Assembly (NCBI RefSeq): GCF_003918875.1
Contig: NW_025767141.1
Coordinates: 434,001 to 498,000, forward strand
Length of the DNA stretch: 64,000 nt
Origin: Haliotis rubra
Lineage: Eukaryota
Direction of reading: 5' to 3'
The translations under genes and the position numbers were made by a program. Under the pieces are notes generated by a model, which was not told the DNA's origin, made no database searches, and was given only the letters and a program-made list of their open reading frames with translations. The stretch's first letter is position 1; each line of letters starts with the position of its first letter. This document shows positions 13,101-24,688 of this stretch, in pieces.

Positions 13101-15028
13101 GAACTGTGTTGAAAATCAGCGAGGCATGATCAGTGACAACCTTGGATTTAACGCCATGATCAGGTTGTTTGATGACTTGGGAGTAAAAATATCAGCATGA
13201 AACTCACCTGCTACTTTGACAGCATAGGATTATGAATGGATACCCACATAAATAAATATATAAATATTATATAATTATAAATGTGATACAAAACATTGGG
13301 AGAAAGCAAATAGATAATATACAGTATATATACCAGACATTTCGAGACAACAAAAACCTCATATACAGGGGATAACTCTGCACAAACTAATGAAAAAGGA
13401 TTAACGGAGTTGTCTCTCTTGGGTGAAACCAAGCACTTGATAGCTGGCCAGGGTTGTTTATACTAGAAATCCAATTAAACATATTCCTAAAATTCTCAAT
13501 AATTTCTGGTCATACTATATAAGTCATAACAGTACACGTGATGACGTGAATGGTGGTCGGATGGTACTTAGCCGACGTCTTAGAGTTGTCATGTGGCAGA
13601 GTTAGGCTTTAAACATGAAATATACCAACGGACTTCCTGAGCCAACTGACGTTAAACAACAAGCAAACAAACAAACGTGCTAAACGCCCGAGACCTGAAT
13701 CACTCAAAGCTTTCCACAGACAGACTGACATACAGACTTTAACTTGACTCAAGTCATATTTGACCTCTGGCCAAATACATATGATGTTGGGCTTAATGGA
13801 TATAATTATAAATACAGTATAGTGTTATTTGTACAGGACAGTATCCAGAACAGGAATGATTCTAAATATTTGACTCAATTGTTGTTTCCTACTTTTAAAG
13901 ATTCACAGACATATTTTGCTAATTTTCTCTGACAATCAATATCAAATAACTCAACCAATTGAAAACTGATCGTTTAACATAATATTTCTTAATAGACATA
14001 CATCTCAATTTTCTACAGAAAGGACAAATTATTACAAAATGAAACTTAAATGCCGTGTTATTACTTGAATAATGTTCAAATCGGCGTTAAAACCGACTGA
14101 CTGACTCACTCACTCACTCAGTAGAGGGAGACCCATGAAGATCCGGGTTAGAATTGATCTTCAGTATCCCATGCATGTCGTAAGAGGCGACTAACGGGAT
14201 TGGGTGGTCAGACTCGCAGACTTGGTTGACGCATGTCATCGTATCCCAATTGCGTAGATCGATGCTCAAGCTGATGATCACTGGATTGTCTGGCCCAGAC
14301 TCGATTATTTACAGACCGCCGCCATATAGCTGGAATATTGCTGAGTGCGGCGTAAAACTATACTCACTCACTCACTCAATAGAGGAACATCTACTTACTA
14401 TCAGCGTCGTAGGCATCGTACGAATACTGCAGTTCGCCGATGGTGAAAGTCAAGTCTTTGTCAAGGTCAGCGGACGCAAACATCACCTTGGCGGTTTCAT
14501 TGTAAGGCCGAAGGTCTATAGTCACCCTTAAATATATGTTATTGAATAGATTGTACGGAGTGCAAATACATCATAAATTGTCCCGTTAAAACCATACTGA
14601 GTCATGACAAGCAGGATTGTTTAAGTCATTATTCATAGTCACCTCGTATTTCAGCCGTATCGTGGCTGAAACAAGCTATCCATTACTAATACATATACTT
14701 AGACTATAAAACCTGGCGACAAAGAGCAATAAAAGAACCACAGTATCAGAGATACAGATTGAAAGCTTGTCTGTGGGCATATAACACCATCATCACACAA
14801 TGGGCCATGGGGACTTCTGCTTCCTGCATGGTGCCCAAATTGAATTTACCTGATTAACGGTTAAAATGTAATTAACTGTTTCACAACTGTTCTTGAATAA
14901 TACACCAAGAATGATCAATAAGACTGAGAAGTGACAATGAACAGTTATAGTAATACACATATGCTCACTCACTGACTGGCTCCCTGGGAGACACAAAGAG
15001 CCAACACAACGCTGACCAGAAAATACAT
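10107..15028 (-). CDS. Secreted four-EF-hand calcium-binding protein, paralogue A, 143 aa (molluscan EF-hand/shell-matrix-like family)
   Basis: Five GT-AG exons (15028-14973, 14526-14399, 12643-12479, 11010-10964, 10142-10107) total 432 nt and join in frame: MYFLVSVVLALCVSQGASQVTIDLRPYNETAKVMFASADLDKDLTFTIGELQYSYDAYDADNDGVVSRTEYTTFTAHLNPEMFALTHALYDIYDSDKDDVLTLYDFNALYKLMDTNENGRVSEKEYIHWWTVTLEALDHLHHP*. Loops: DLDKDLTFTIGE, DADNDGVVSRTE, DSDKDDVLTLYD, DTNENGRVSEKE. Confidence 0.92.
10632..10912 (+). mobile_element. Repeat with internal tRNA-like A/B boxes (second copy at 37996-38175, minus)
   Basis: GTCGCGGTGGCTGAGTGGGTTA and GGGTTCGAATCC boxes. Leader and trailer align with the reverse complement of 37996-38175. 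Confidence 0.65.
10699..10787. mobile_element. PIF/Harbinger-type MITE (same family), nested in a tRNA-like repeat
   Basis: Degenerate TIRs matching 15820-15926; TSD CTG (10696-10698, 10788-10790). Confidence 0.75.
12718..13060 (-). mobile_element. SINE family 1 (composite of two copies)
   Basis: Family consensus with an internally duplicated segment. Confidence 0.85.
14128..14378 (+). mobile_element. SINE family 1, full length
   Basis: Matches the family consensus; TSD TAGAGG; ends about 20 bp from the exon 2 donor of EF-hand paralogue A. Confidence 0.9.
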
Positions 15029-15218
15029 TTTCCCAAGACTACACAAGACAAGTGTTAACTCTCGACTATATCTTGGCCGCACCTGTCAGGAAGATGAATA
15101 AAAACTGAACCGAAAATATCCATATGTAAAGTAGCAATCGAAGATAAGGTTATGCTAGGCTATAGTTCGCTGACATGTTGCTGGACTATTTCCCAATGCG
15201 TCTATGTACAAGCACAAA

Positions 15219-15382
15219 CGGGCTGTGGGTAAGTCGTGTGGTTAAAGCGTTCGCTCGTCACACCGAAGACCCGGGATCGAATCCCCATATGGGTACATTG
15301 TCAGAAGCCCATTTCTGGTGTCCCCCGCCGTGATATTGCTGGAATATTGTTAAAAGCGGCGTAAAACCAAAGTCACTCACTC
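15219..15382 (+). mobile_element. tRNA-derived SINE family 2
   Basis: A box (TGGTTAAAGCG), B box (GGATCGAATCC), tail GCTGGAATATTG...GCGGCGTAAAA(ACTC)n, TSD ACAAGCACAAA. Degraded copies at about 17305-17410 and 18600-18738. Confidence 0.88.
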
Positions 15383-15594
15383 ACAAGCACAAAATATATC
15401 CAGAGACAAGAGTTGTATGGTTGTCTTACAGATGGGTACTGCACTTGTACACGATCAAGGCTTGAAGCCTGAACAAAACCATAGATCTCCTTTCTTAACG
15501 TATTTGGGGAATTTATCACTTCACAAATTACAAAAACTCAATGTCAATACACTATTTTTGTTGGCGATATATCTGGCCACAACGAGGTTACATA

Positions 15595-15790
15595 CCCTTG
15601 AAGATCCGGGTTAGAATTTGTCTTCAGCAACTTCTTGTTCTAAGAGGCGACTCAAAGGTTCTGGGGTCAGACTCGTTTAGTTGGTGGATGCATGTCATTG
15701 AATCCCAATTAATTAGATCGATGCCCATGATATCAGTCAATGGGTTGTGTTGTCCAGATTCGATTATTTACAAACCGCCCTCATATAGCG
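15595..15790 (+). mobile_element. SINE family 1, diverged
   Basis: Similarity to the family consensus. Confidence 0.8.
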
Positions 15791-15819
15791 GGAAAGAAGA
15801 CAAACAAGCAAATCATCAG

Positions 15820-15926
15820 GGTCCCGATCCACAAAGCGCTTGTAACGTTACGACCTGTCGTAACTCTATAGTTTAACATAGGCTCACGAATGTCGTAGCG
15901 CTATGAACGCTTTGTGGATCGGGACC
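15820..15926. mobile_element. PIF/Harbinger-type MITE
   Basis: 19-bp TIR GGTCCCGATCCACAAAGCG and 3-bp TSD CAG. Confidence 0.85.
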
Positions 15927-18466
15927 CAGGGCTATAAGTTGGGCGGTCAAAATGAGAAAGGGTCAGACATTAAATGTGATGACCAAATGACCAACCTTGG
16001 TGCAGGGGATTATATGTTTCTTGTTCCCTGTTAAAGCTATTGGTTTCTTCCCCCTAGTGCTCATCTTCACCTGTCTGTGCGCACGCACGCACGCACACAC
16101 ACACACACTAGTATATGTGTGCACAGACAGGGGAAGATGTTGTCACAGACTAAGGCCTGAACCCACGCCCGTGTGTGTATGTGTGAGAACGTGTGTATAG
16201 AACGGAGATCCTATTTGTGTGTGTGTGTGTTACCGAGGATCTCCGTTCTATTTTGTCTGCTTAGCACAAACTAAGGCATACGTTATGATTACAATTGAAT
16301 AATAGTGATTGTTTACATGATGACGTCACATATAGGTGATGCATCATATTATTTCTAAAAATATACACAGTTGGTGTTGATAATAAAAGGTTTATAAAAT
16401 AGGTTATAATTACACTTTCACACTGTCTGACGTTAGTTAGTGATACGCGATAGATATGTTTACTTTATGTGCGAGCAGTAATATGTTTACTAACTTAAGG
16501 TACTTAATTGATAATAATTAGATATTTAGCACTATGAAATAGAGAAGGAATATAGAGAGGGTTCTCAACTGTGAATGAGGAAAAATACAACAATAGGAAG
16601 ATATTGTGTCAGCCATGCATGTGTGATTGCTGACGGATGACAATCGAATGTGAATTTATATTGTCATACGTCACAGGTGTAGAAGCCCGTGAGCCAAATA
16701 CGGGTAGCACGTACAACTCCCTATATAAGACAGTGGAGAAGCAGCCTTCTGATGAAAAGATACAGAAATAAAAGACTGCCGGCGACATATATAAGAACTT
16801 ACCCAAGTAAAAATTGTTTCCCTTCTCCAATGTACAAGTACGCACAAAGACGCCTGTTCATTCAAGTTTACCGTTACAATAGAGGAACGTCTCTTTTAAA
16901 GAAAACCTATTTGCAGTTGCCATTTAAATGCAAACTAATTACACCAACACATGTTCAGGTGAACACGTATTAGTCCAATATTTAATCCAGTGTGATTCTT
17001 GTTCCTGTAGGTGTTGCATAAATTTCTTTGTGGAAAATCTCATCATAATGAGAGCATTTGATCAGATTCGTCTTACTTCTCAGGCTATACGTGTCGTTCT
17101 AGTTCGTTTCGAAGATACGGAAATCAGACATGGTTTAAATGTTTTGTGCTCTCATACAGGGAATTCAAAGCCCCACCGCTGAATGGCTAATTAATGAGTC
17201 TTTAGGGGTCTCCACTAGTCCTTGAATATATATATTGTCTTGAAATCATCGAAAAGCAAGACAATTCAGTGATTGACTTCATGCGCATCACGTATTCTTA
17301 CACAGGAGGTGGTGTAGTAGCCTGGTGGTTAAAGCGTTCGCTCTTCAAACCGAAGACCTGGTTCCCCACATGGAGACAATGTACTTTCCACACCATGATA
17401 GTGCTGGAATAGAGGGGAGGCACAGTATATGTAACTATATCTGTTGGTTGATTTTCCTAGTACATGATTCAAAACATTTGTTTCAGATTTTGTCTGTTGT
17501 AGAGCCCTCTTCAACATTGTCTTCATAATTTTGCACCGTTGCAAAAGATGCTTCAGCTATATTTTACGTGTTCCAAAATTCCTTACTTGTTTTGGGTCAG
17601 AATAAGTAATAGTGTAAACCATAATTTGTAGGACCTATAAAGAAACCGCAAGTAGGGTTTTCTTTTTTAAAGATATTATCTACGTACCTATTCATGCAGC
17701 GATTAAGAGTGACATTCTCTACTGCTACTAGGTCAAGGTCATATTGTCCGTTTCATGCAGGTGCGCCGTCTTTATAAAATGCTGATAAGATGGAACACTG
17801 TAAGAATACTTTCTGCTAGATATCTATGACTCGTGTGGACGCGGGGGCGTGTGTTCCTGGACTACGTAACCGGTTGCCTGGAGTTGCGTCCCCTGTCTGT
17901 CAATATAAATAAGTTACGCACATGATTGAGTCTGGACTATCCTTCGGTTTCCTTCGAGAGATTATCTAGCAAATCGCCTTATTATTATTATTATTATAGG
18001 ATATTTATATAGCGCACATATCCACGCAACTAGTGCATGGTCAAGCCGCTGGTATGTCCAGCTAAAACATGTACAGTGGCTCTAAGCACAAATTATGCGC
18101 AAAGCGCCAACCAGTCATATACTACCTATCAAAAGTTTGTAAATGTATACTTCAGTCAACTGTTCTGATCTAAACTTTGCAAAATATTCCATTATGTTTA
18201 AAGGTAATGTTTACACATGAATTGATGTATCGTAAAAAAAATACGTAACGTTGAAAAGATTGTTGTCACGAGTTCAATAAATGATGAAATTCAGTGAAAA
18301 TTGGCGAATTCTTATCAAACCTTTACACCAAAACTCAGCTGTTCACTTGCACGTTATTTCCACTAGCTTTTCAGATATTTGATGCATAATCCTCGTGCAA
18401 TTCATCTGCATAAGGTGTGCAGTTGGTTCCCCGAAGTTAGTGGAGAAATTCATCTTCGATGTAACC

Positions 18467-18482
18467 GTGTGTATATATATGT

Positions 18483-18515
<33 letters not shown>

Positions 18516-18527
18516 TATATAACATAT
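18467..18527. repeat. Compound (TA)/(CA) microsatellite
   Basis: (CA)13 flanked by TA runs. Confidence 0.9.
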
Positions 18528-18829
18528 AGTGAGTGCTTTAAGCGAGTCTAAACTTTGGATGGGTAGTATACAATTATTAGGTTTACATTAATAGAACAAG
18601 GGCATTGGGGTAGCTTAGTAGGTAAAGCGTTCGCCCATCAAGCTGAAAACCTGAGTTCTATTCCACACTTGGTGTACAATGTGTGATGACATGTGTAACC
18701 CTGTAATATTTCTTGAAGTATTGCTAAAATTTGCGTTTTAGAGGAAATATCACATGGGTGAGATCAAGCAATATTTCCTAAAAATATCAAACTGCATCAT
18801 GTCTGTTTGTTGTTTTATATGTTATCAAT

Positions 18830-18985
18830 GCGGTATGGACCAGACAATCCAGTGACTGACTTCATGTGCACCGATCTTTGAAATTTGGATACGATGACGT
18901 GCACCGACGTGCCTGACCACCCGATTCCGTTAGTCGCCTTTTACGACAAACGTGTTAAGATCAATTTTAACCGGGACCTTCACGC
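18830..18985 (-). mobile_element. SINE family 1, diverged
   Basis: Similarity to the family consensus. Confidence 0.8.
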
Positions 18986-19040
18986 CCCTGATTATTTCGA
19001 GACTGTCCTTATAAAACTTGAAAATTGCACAGTGCGCTAA

Positions 19041-19187
19041 GGGGCGGTGGGGTAGTCTAGTGGTTAAAGCGTTCGCTCGTCAGGCCGAAGACCCAGGTTC
19101 GATTCCCAATTCAACATTGGTGCATTGTGTGAAGCCCATTTCTGATATTTTTGAAATATTGCTAAAAATCAAACTCACTCACTCACT
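19041..19187 (+). mobile_element. tRNA-derived SINE family 2
   Basis: GGGGCGGTGGGGTAGTCTAGTGGTTAAAGCG...GGTTCGATTCCC head and (ACTC)n tail. Confidence 0.85.
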
Positions 19188-19276
19188 CTGAGTGCGGCAA
19201 ACAAACATGTAACGTTGTTGCTATATTTTATTGAATGATTCCGTTGAGCAGTTATTACTGCAAGTGATCACGTGAT

Positions 19277-22200
19277 CTAGTGATGGTGACCCAAGTGGAG
19301 GCCGTGGCCGTGAAGGTGAGCTGTCTTCGTCAAAATCTGAAAAGCAATATCAAAATACCTGATCATTTCTATATATATGTATGTCGGTGAACTCATCTGT
19401 CCATGTCTGGATTATAAATAATCGATTCTGGATTAGACAATCTAGTGATTGATGCAATGAGCAGCCATCTACACCTTCGGGGAGTCTTTCTGAGTCTTAT
19501 CTTATCGCAGTAATTTTGTTAGTTTTTTAAGTAGCTGAGAATCGTTGCTGTGACAACCATCACTAATCCTTCTCAAGGGGTTTACATAACAACGGGGAGG
19601 TGGTATTACACTGATGCGATCAATTTCTGGCGTGTTTGTAGTTTTGCAGGATGTTTGTTCTTAAACACAATGAACCCCATGATGATCCTGGTAAGAATTG
19701 GTTTTCAGGGACTCATGCAAGAGCGACTAACGGGATCGGGTCAGCCAGGCTTGCTTTTAACTTGGCTGACACGTCATCGTATCCCAAATTACGTAGATAG
19801 ATGCTCATTATGTTGATCACTGGATTGTCTGGTCAAGACTCGATTATTTACAGACCGCCGCCATATAGCTGAAATATTGCTGAGTGCGGCGTAAAACAAC
19901 AACCAAGCAAACTTAAACGTCACGAAATATGACATCAGCCTGCATGTACTGACCGGCCAACCAATGATGGATATTATCAGCAACGATTTTTTATTTTGGT
20001 TTAACATCGAACTCGGCAATGATCGGGATACAATAACACGCAAGGAAGGAAGCCACCCAGACTGACCACCCTCTTTAATCCGCATTGTTAGACATGCCTT
20101 GGTTGCTGGGGTCATATTCAAACTCATGATCTCTACGGGGGTTCTGGCAAGAAAACGGGAGCCTACGAAACAAAAAGATACATATTTCAGCTGGTTATAG
20201 ACACGCACTGTTACTAATCTAACAAGCTATGTACACTTACGTCCATCCAAAAGGCTGTAAATTCCGTCTTTGAGACTTCTTTGTTATCTAAAAAAATGTA
20301 AAACGAACATTGAAATGACATATTCTGGACGCTACAAACGGTTTCAGTTACTTTGGTTTGTGGGAATGTTCAGGTCGAGACTATGGGGCTTTTGACTCTA
20401 TATGTTTGTTACTCTATAAACCTAGTTTGTCCCATCACCTTGGGAAACCTAGACGACACAATCGCCTGTGACAAAATCAGGGCGAACAATCTCCGGCAAA
20501 AGATCTTGTTTCATCGGTTTGGGGGATCTGTAATCCAAAGCTGTATTCCGACTATATCTCAGTGGTCTGTTAATAATTCAATTTGAGCTGGACCAATTAG
20601 TGATTAATGTAATGACGGACGCCAGTATCAAATGGGGGAAATATTTTCTGCATGATATAAATAAATTAAACCATATTCATCATAGTCGACGTGTGTTCGC
20701 TCGTCACGCTGAAACCATTAACGTATTTCTTACCGTCGAGATCCATTTTTAAAAGAAAGACGATATCGATGTCCGTATTTCTTACCGTGGGTCCAGTATC
20801 GATGTCTGTTGTCGTCGTTAGCGTCGAACTCCTTGAAGACAGCATGGGTGTACTCCTTGAGAGGGGAGTGAGAGGGGACGGAGTCCATGTATTCGTGGTG
20901 GGTGATAATGTGATCACCTGGTGACAAATACTGAATATTACACTACGGACAGACCCATTAATGCTCTTGTGAGAAGGGGATATATTTTTCATATTTTTTG
21001 TTTGTCTAAAGGAACATTATCCTATGAAATACTGTATGTTGTTTTCTTAAACCTATCACAACCTATTTTTTCCAGTTATATTTTAAAAAAGACACATGTT
21101 GATTTTTTCCGCAGTCGGGACAGACTATCCAGTGATTGTCATTAAGAGCAAAGTACCACTAACTCAACAACATATCACATGCGCGGGCTGGTCACTTATT
21201 GGGGGCGGGGAAAGTTTGGTCTCAGTTAGTACTATCACATGAAGCGGAAAACACGCACACGCACACACACAAACACAAACACAAACACGCAAGCACGCAT
21301 ACACACACATTTACGTGAAATTGTTTCCTATTTCCCTGACATCCACTCTTAGACCAAAGACACACTGACACCCGCTCCCGTTCTTCCCAAGGACACCATG
21401 ACACCAACTAGCAGTCTTAGACCAAAGACACTCCAACTCTTAAACACAGACACCTATCCCAGTCTTACCATTGTCATCGTAGTGAGCAAAGACACCGGTC
21501 AACTCATATCTTTCAAAGATGCCGTCGCCATTAGCATCCGAGCTCAGCCAGACATCTCCAATTACGTTAGTGTAGATTTCATGGCTGTTGTGATTATGGT
21601 GTTGGCTGGATAATTAGAAATAACATCTCAGCAGCACAATATATAATACCAATCAACATGTCCGTCCCTGTCTTTGCTACGATCGAGCAAAACTCAAAAA
21701 CCTCTTAATATTTCTTGTTGAAACCTGTTATTTGTTGCATTATTCCAAAATGGATAAATATCCTGCTATTAAACTTGTTCAAACCGAAACATAAGTCTCA
21801 TTAACCTATTCAGACAATGACCTACTTTTCAGCCGATCCGAATTTTCTCGTGTGAAAGTGAAAGAGACACCACAAACAACTATGGTTACACTAAATTTAA
21901 ATTTTTTGTTTCATAAGAAAATGGTATTTATAAATAAATTTTAATTTTATTCTTTAATAAGATCGTATTTCTATATTTTATGGCGAGGTGTAGGCAGCAT
22001 GATCTTAACTAAGACGTCACAGACTGCCCCTGTTTGATGAGGTCGTAAAATGATTCACAATTCATCTGGCTCACTGGTTACACCTGTTATGTGTTTCTTG
22101 CGTTCATTTCATGTAGTTTTGTAACGCACAATGTGATTAATGAAATATCAAGTCCGTACCAGACCGCCAAACTTTTCTAGCGGTAGAGCCTCGTTTGAGA

Positions 22201-23546
22201 TTTCCACGATTTCCAAATTTCCGTTTGTCAGAGCACGCTGCACAACATGTTTGCAAGGATTAAAAGGAGCGTAGTGTTGCAATATACAAGTGCTTAGATG
22301 TATCAAATAATACTGATTAATATTTATGTATCCAGTTGAATGAATTTGTTTCAAAATTCTGGACTGGTTATTGTGCTAGCCTGCGCAATAGGACGGAACT
22401 CAGCCAGCAGGAAACGAGACTGTTGTGTAATCAATGTTTTGACTAGTACAGATCGGTCTAGAGATGAACTAGTACGTTTTGATGATCGTGGATTATTTTT
22501 CCTCTGGGTATGTTTTTAACGTAAATGCAGGCTCATTGTGAAAATAAGGTCACTGTTTGTTTTCAAAGCAAAACTTGGATTCGTTAAAAACTGAAAGGTA
22601 TTATTTTAGGCTAAACTGAGCTCACGTAGGCAATTAAGAGCCATTTCGGAAATGAACCACATCGGGATTTTAATGTCGCAAGCAAACAATGCGAAGTAGA
22701 CGGACATCTCAGCATACAAAGTTTTATGTTATGTAACCAGGTTTCGGAAGAACTAACTAAGGAATAAGGCTGAGATGTACATTCAAAGTGAGTCAGTGAC
22801 TTTAGTTTTTACGCCGCACTCAGCACTATTCCAGCTACATGGCGGCGGTCTGTAAATAATCGAGACAGGGCCAGACAATCCAGTGATCAACAGCATGAGC
22901 ATCGACCTACGCAATTTGGATACGATTCAAAGACATCAACGACTATGTCGCCGACGATGTTGGCATACCTGTCAAGCAATGACATGCATTCTTACCCCGA
23001 ATTCCCGAGGGTGGTGGTTGATGTTATGATCATCATTCAGTGTGGGAAGGGGAATGTGTTAGTCGTTTCATTATCAATAACTGCATAGGCACGTTTTATA
23101 TGCCTATAAATTGAAGATTGCAATATCCGGGCGTTTTCCAATAAATATTTTACACATTTACTAGATGTCCATGTCTACATTATGGCTAACTTGCAAGACC
23201 TGGTAACCGTATTGAGTGATTTGAATTTTAGCCATATTCCGAAAATTTCACGGCCGGGGACACCAAACGTGGGCTTCACACATTGTACCAATGTGGGGCA
23301 TCGAACCCGGGTCTTCGGCGTGAGGAGCGAACGCTTTAACCACTAGGCTACCTCACCGCTGGGGGCCCCCGGTAACCATATTGAAATGCCAGTTTTGTCT
23401 TATGGCTATATCTCGGGAGGAGGCTTTTCAAACATTTGCAGTTAGGAGCAAAAGATTTAAAACTCAAATATATAAACACGCAGGCATTTAATAACTTACC
23501 ATGAGACGCCAACAAGAAGGACTGTAACAATTAAAAAGGAAGACAT
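19277..23546 (-). CDS. Secreted His-rich four-EF-hand protein, paralogue B (exon 3 carries templated insertions; possibly a defective allele or an assembly error)
   Basis: Exons: 23546-23500 (MSSFLIVTVLLVGVSC), 21605-21469 (QHHNHNSHEIYTNVIGDVWLSSDANGDGIFERYELTGVFAHYDDN), 20917-20786 or 20917-20734 (GDHIITHHEYMDSVPSHSPLKEYTHAVFKEFDANDDNR...), 20287-20241 (NKEVSKTEFTAFWMD), 19336-19277 (ILTKTAHLHGHGLHLGHHH*). Intron phases 2,1,1,0 are identical to paralogue A. Confidence 0.85.
19675..19905 (+). mobile_element. SINE family 1
   Basis: Similarity to the family consensus, with an (AAC)n tail. Confidence 0.85.
22788..22925 (-). mobile_element. SINE family 1, 5'-truncated
   Basis: 3' half of the consensus. 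Confidence 0.8.
23215..23365 (-). mobile_element. tRNA-derived SINE family 2
   Basis: Reverse complement of the family 2 consensus. Confidence 0.82.
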
Positions 23547-23705
23547 TTTGAAAGCCTTCTCTATTCGGAATTCACGGCAAGGAGTAGGCCAGGGTAATCT
23601 TATCTCCTATGTCCTGTTGATTAACACCTGTTATGTTATACTTACCTGAATCATGACCGTTTACCTGACGCTGTTGTCTTGTCAAGCATGTAATTTTTAT
23701 AATTG

Positions 23706-24075
23706 AGGCTGCGCGAAATAGCCACTGGCCCGCTAACCCGTGGCTAGTAAAAATCCCGTCGGGCCAGTAAAAGCCCACAGTCACTGGCCCGACTGGCAAG
23801 TGAATTTTCATGGGGTCATTTTGAAAATATATCACTCTCTCCGACTTGTTAAGTTATAATTCACCTTTAGATCATCCAAGATTATGGACTGATAAATTTG
23901 TTCATTATGTTAGCAGCTTAATGATGAAACCCGTGTCATGCCAACACTATCTTATTCTCATCTATTTTTGTAATCGTTTGCTTTGTTTCTACATTCAAAT
24001 TTCGGGCTAGTGAATTAGTTTGTGGCATAGCTAGCCCAACTGACTAGCAAATTTAGGAAACTATTTCACACGCTG
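23706..24075. mobile_element. MITE directly upstream of EF-hand paralogue B
   Basis: Imperfect TIRs ...GCGCGAAATAG / CTATTTCACACGCTG and internal GGCCCG/GGCTAG subterminal repeats. TSD not resolved. Confidence 0.55.
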
Positions 24076-24304
24076 CCGTGATGATCAGGGATAGAACATC
24101 TTGTCATCGTATCACAATGGCGTAGATCGATGCTCAGGAGGTCAACTGACCGACGGAATATTGCCGAGTGAAATGAAAAATACAAATCATACCATATTTA
24201 ATATGAGTAAGTCAATGCAAGAACAAATTAAATTTCTCATTTCTGGAGTTAACTGACATTATTTTCATTCGGCAAAAACCTAGTAGGTAACCATAACACT
24301 GTGT

Positions 24305-24447
24305 GTGAGTGAGTGAGTAAGTGTGGTTTCACGCCGCTTTTGGCAATATTCCAGCAACATCACGGCGGGGGACACCAGAATGGGCTTTATACATTGTGCT
24401 CATGTGATGAACCGAACGCTTTAACCACTGGGCTACCCCGCCGCCCC
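24305..24447 (-). mobile_element. tRNA-derived SINE family 2, internally deleted
   Basis: Reverse complement of the consensus, lacking the B-box segment. Confidence 0.82.
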
Positions 24448-24688
24448 GGCATTCAGTGACGTATGGCAGAAGATTCTGATACTGAGTTCGACGCTTGATA
24501 GAGGAGGAGACTGTCAAATGTTAACCGTGCGAGGGGAGGCTACACCAGGTACTTTGCCTCTGTGACTGCAAAATATTCAGTTTGAGAAGAGTTGAGGAGG
24601 CAGATGACGAGTACTTCCGCTATTGGTTGCAACCATCCTAAAATCTGACGTACAATTGGGGGTATGGTCTCAATATAACCTAAATATA

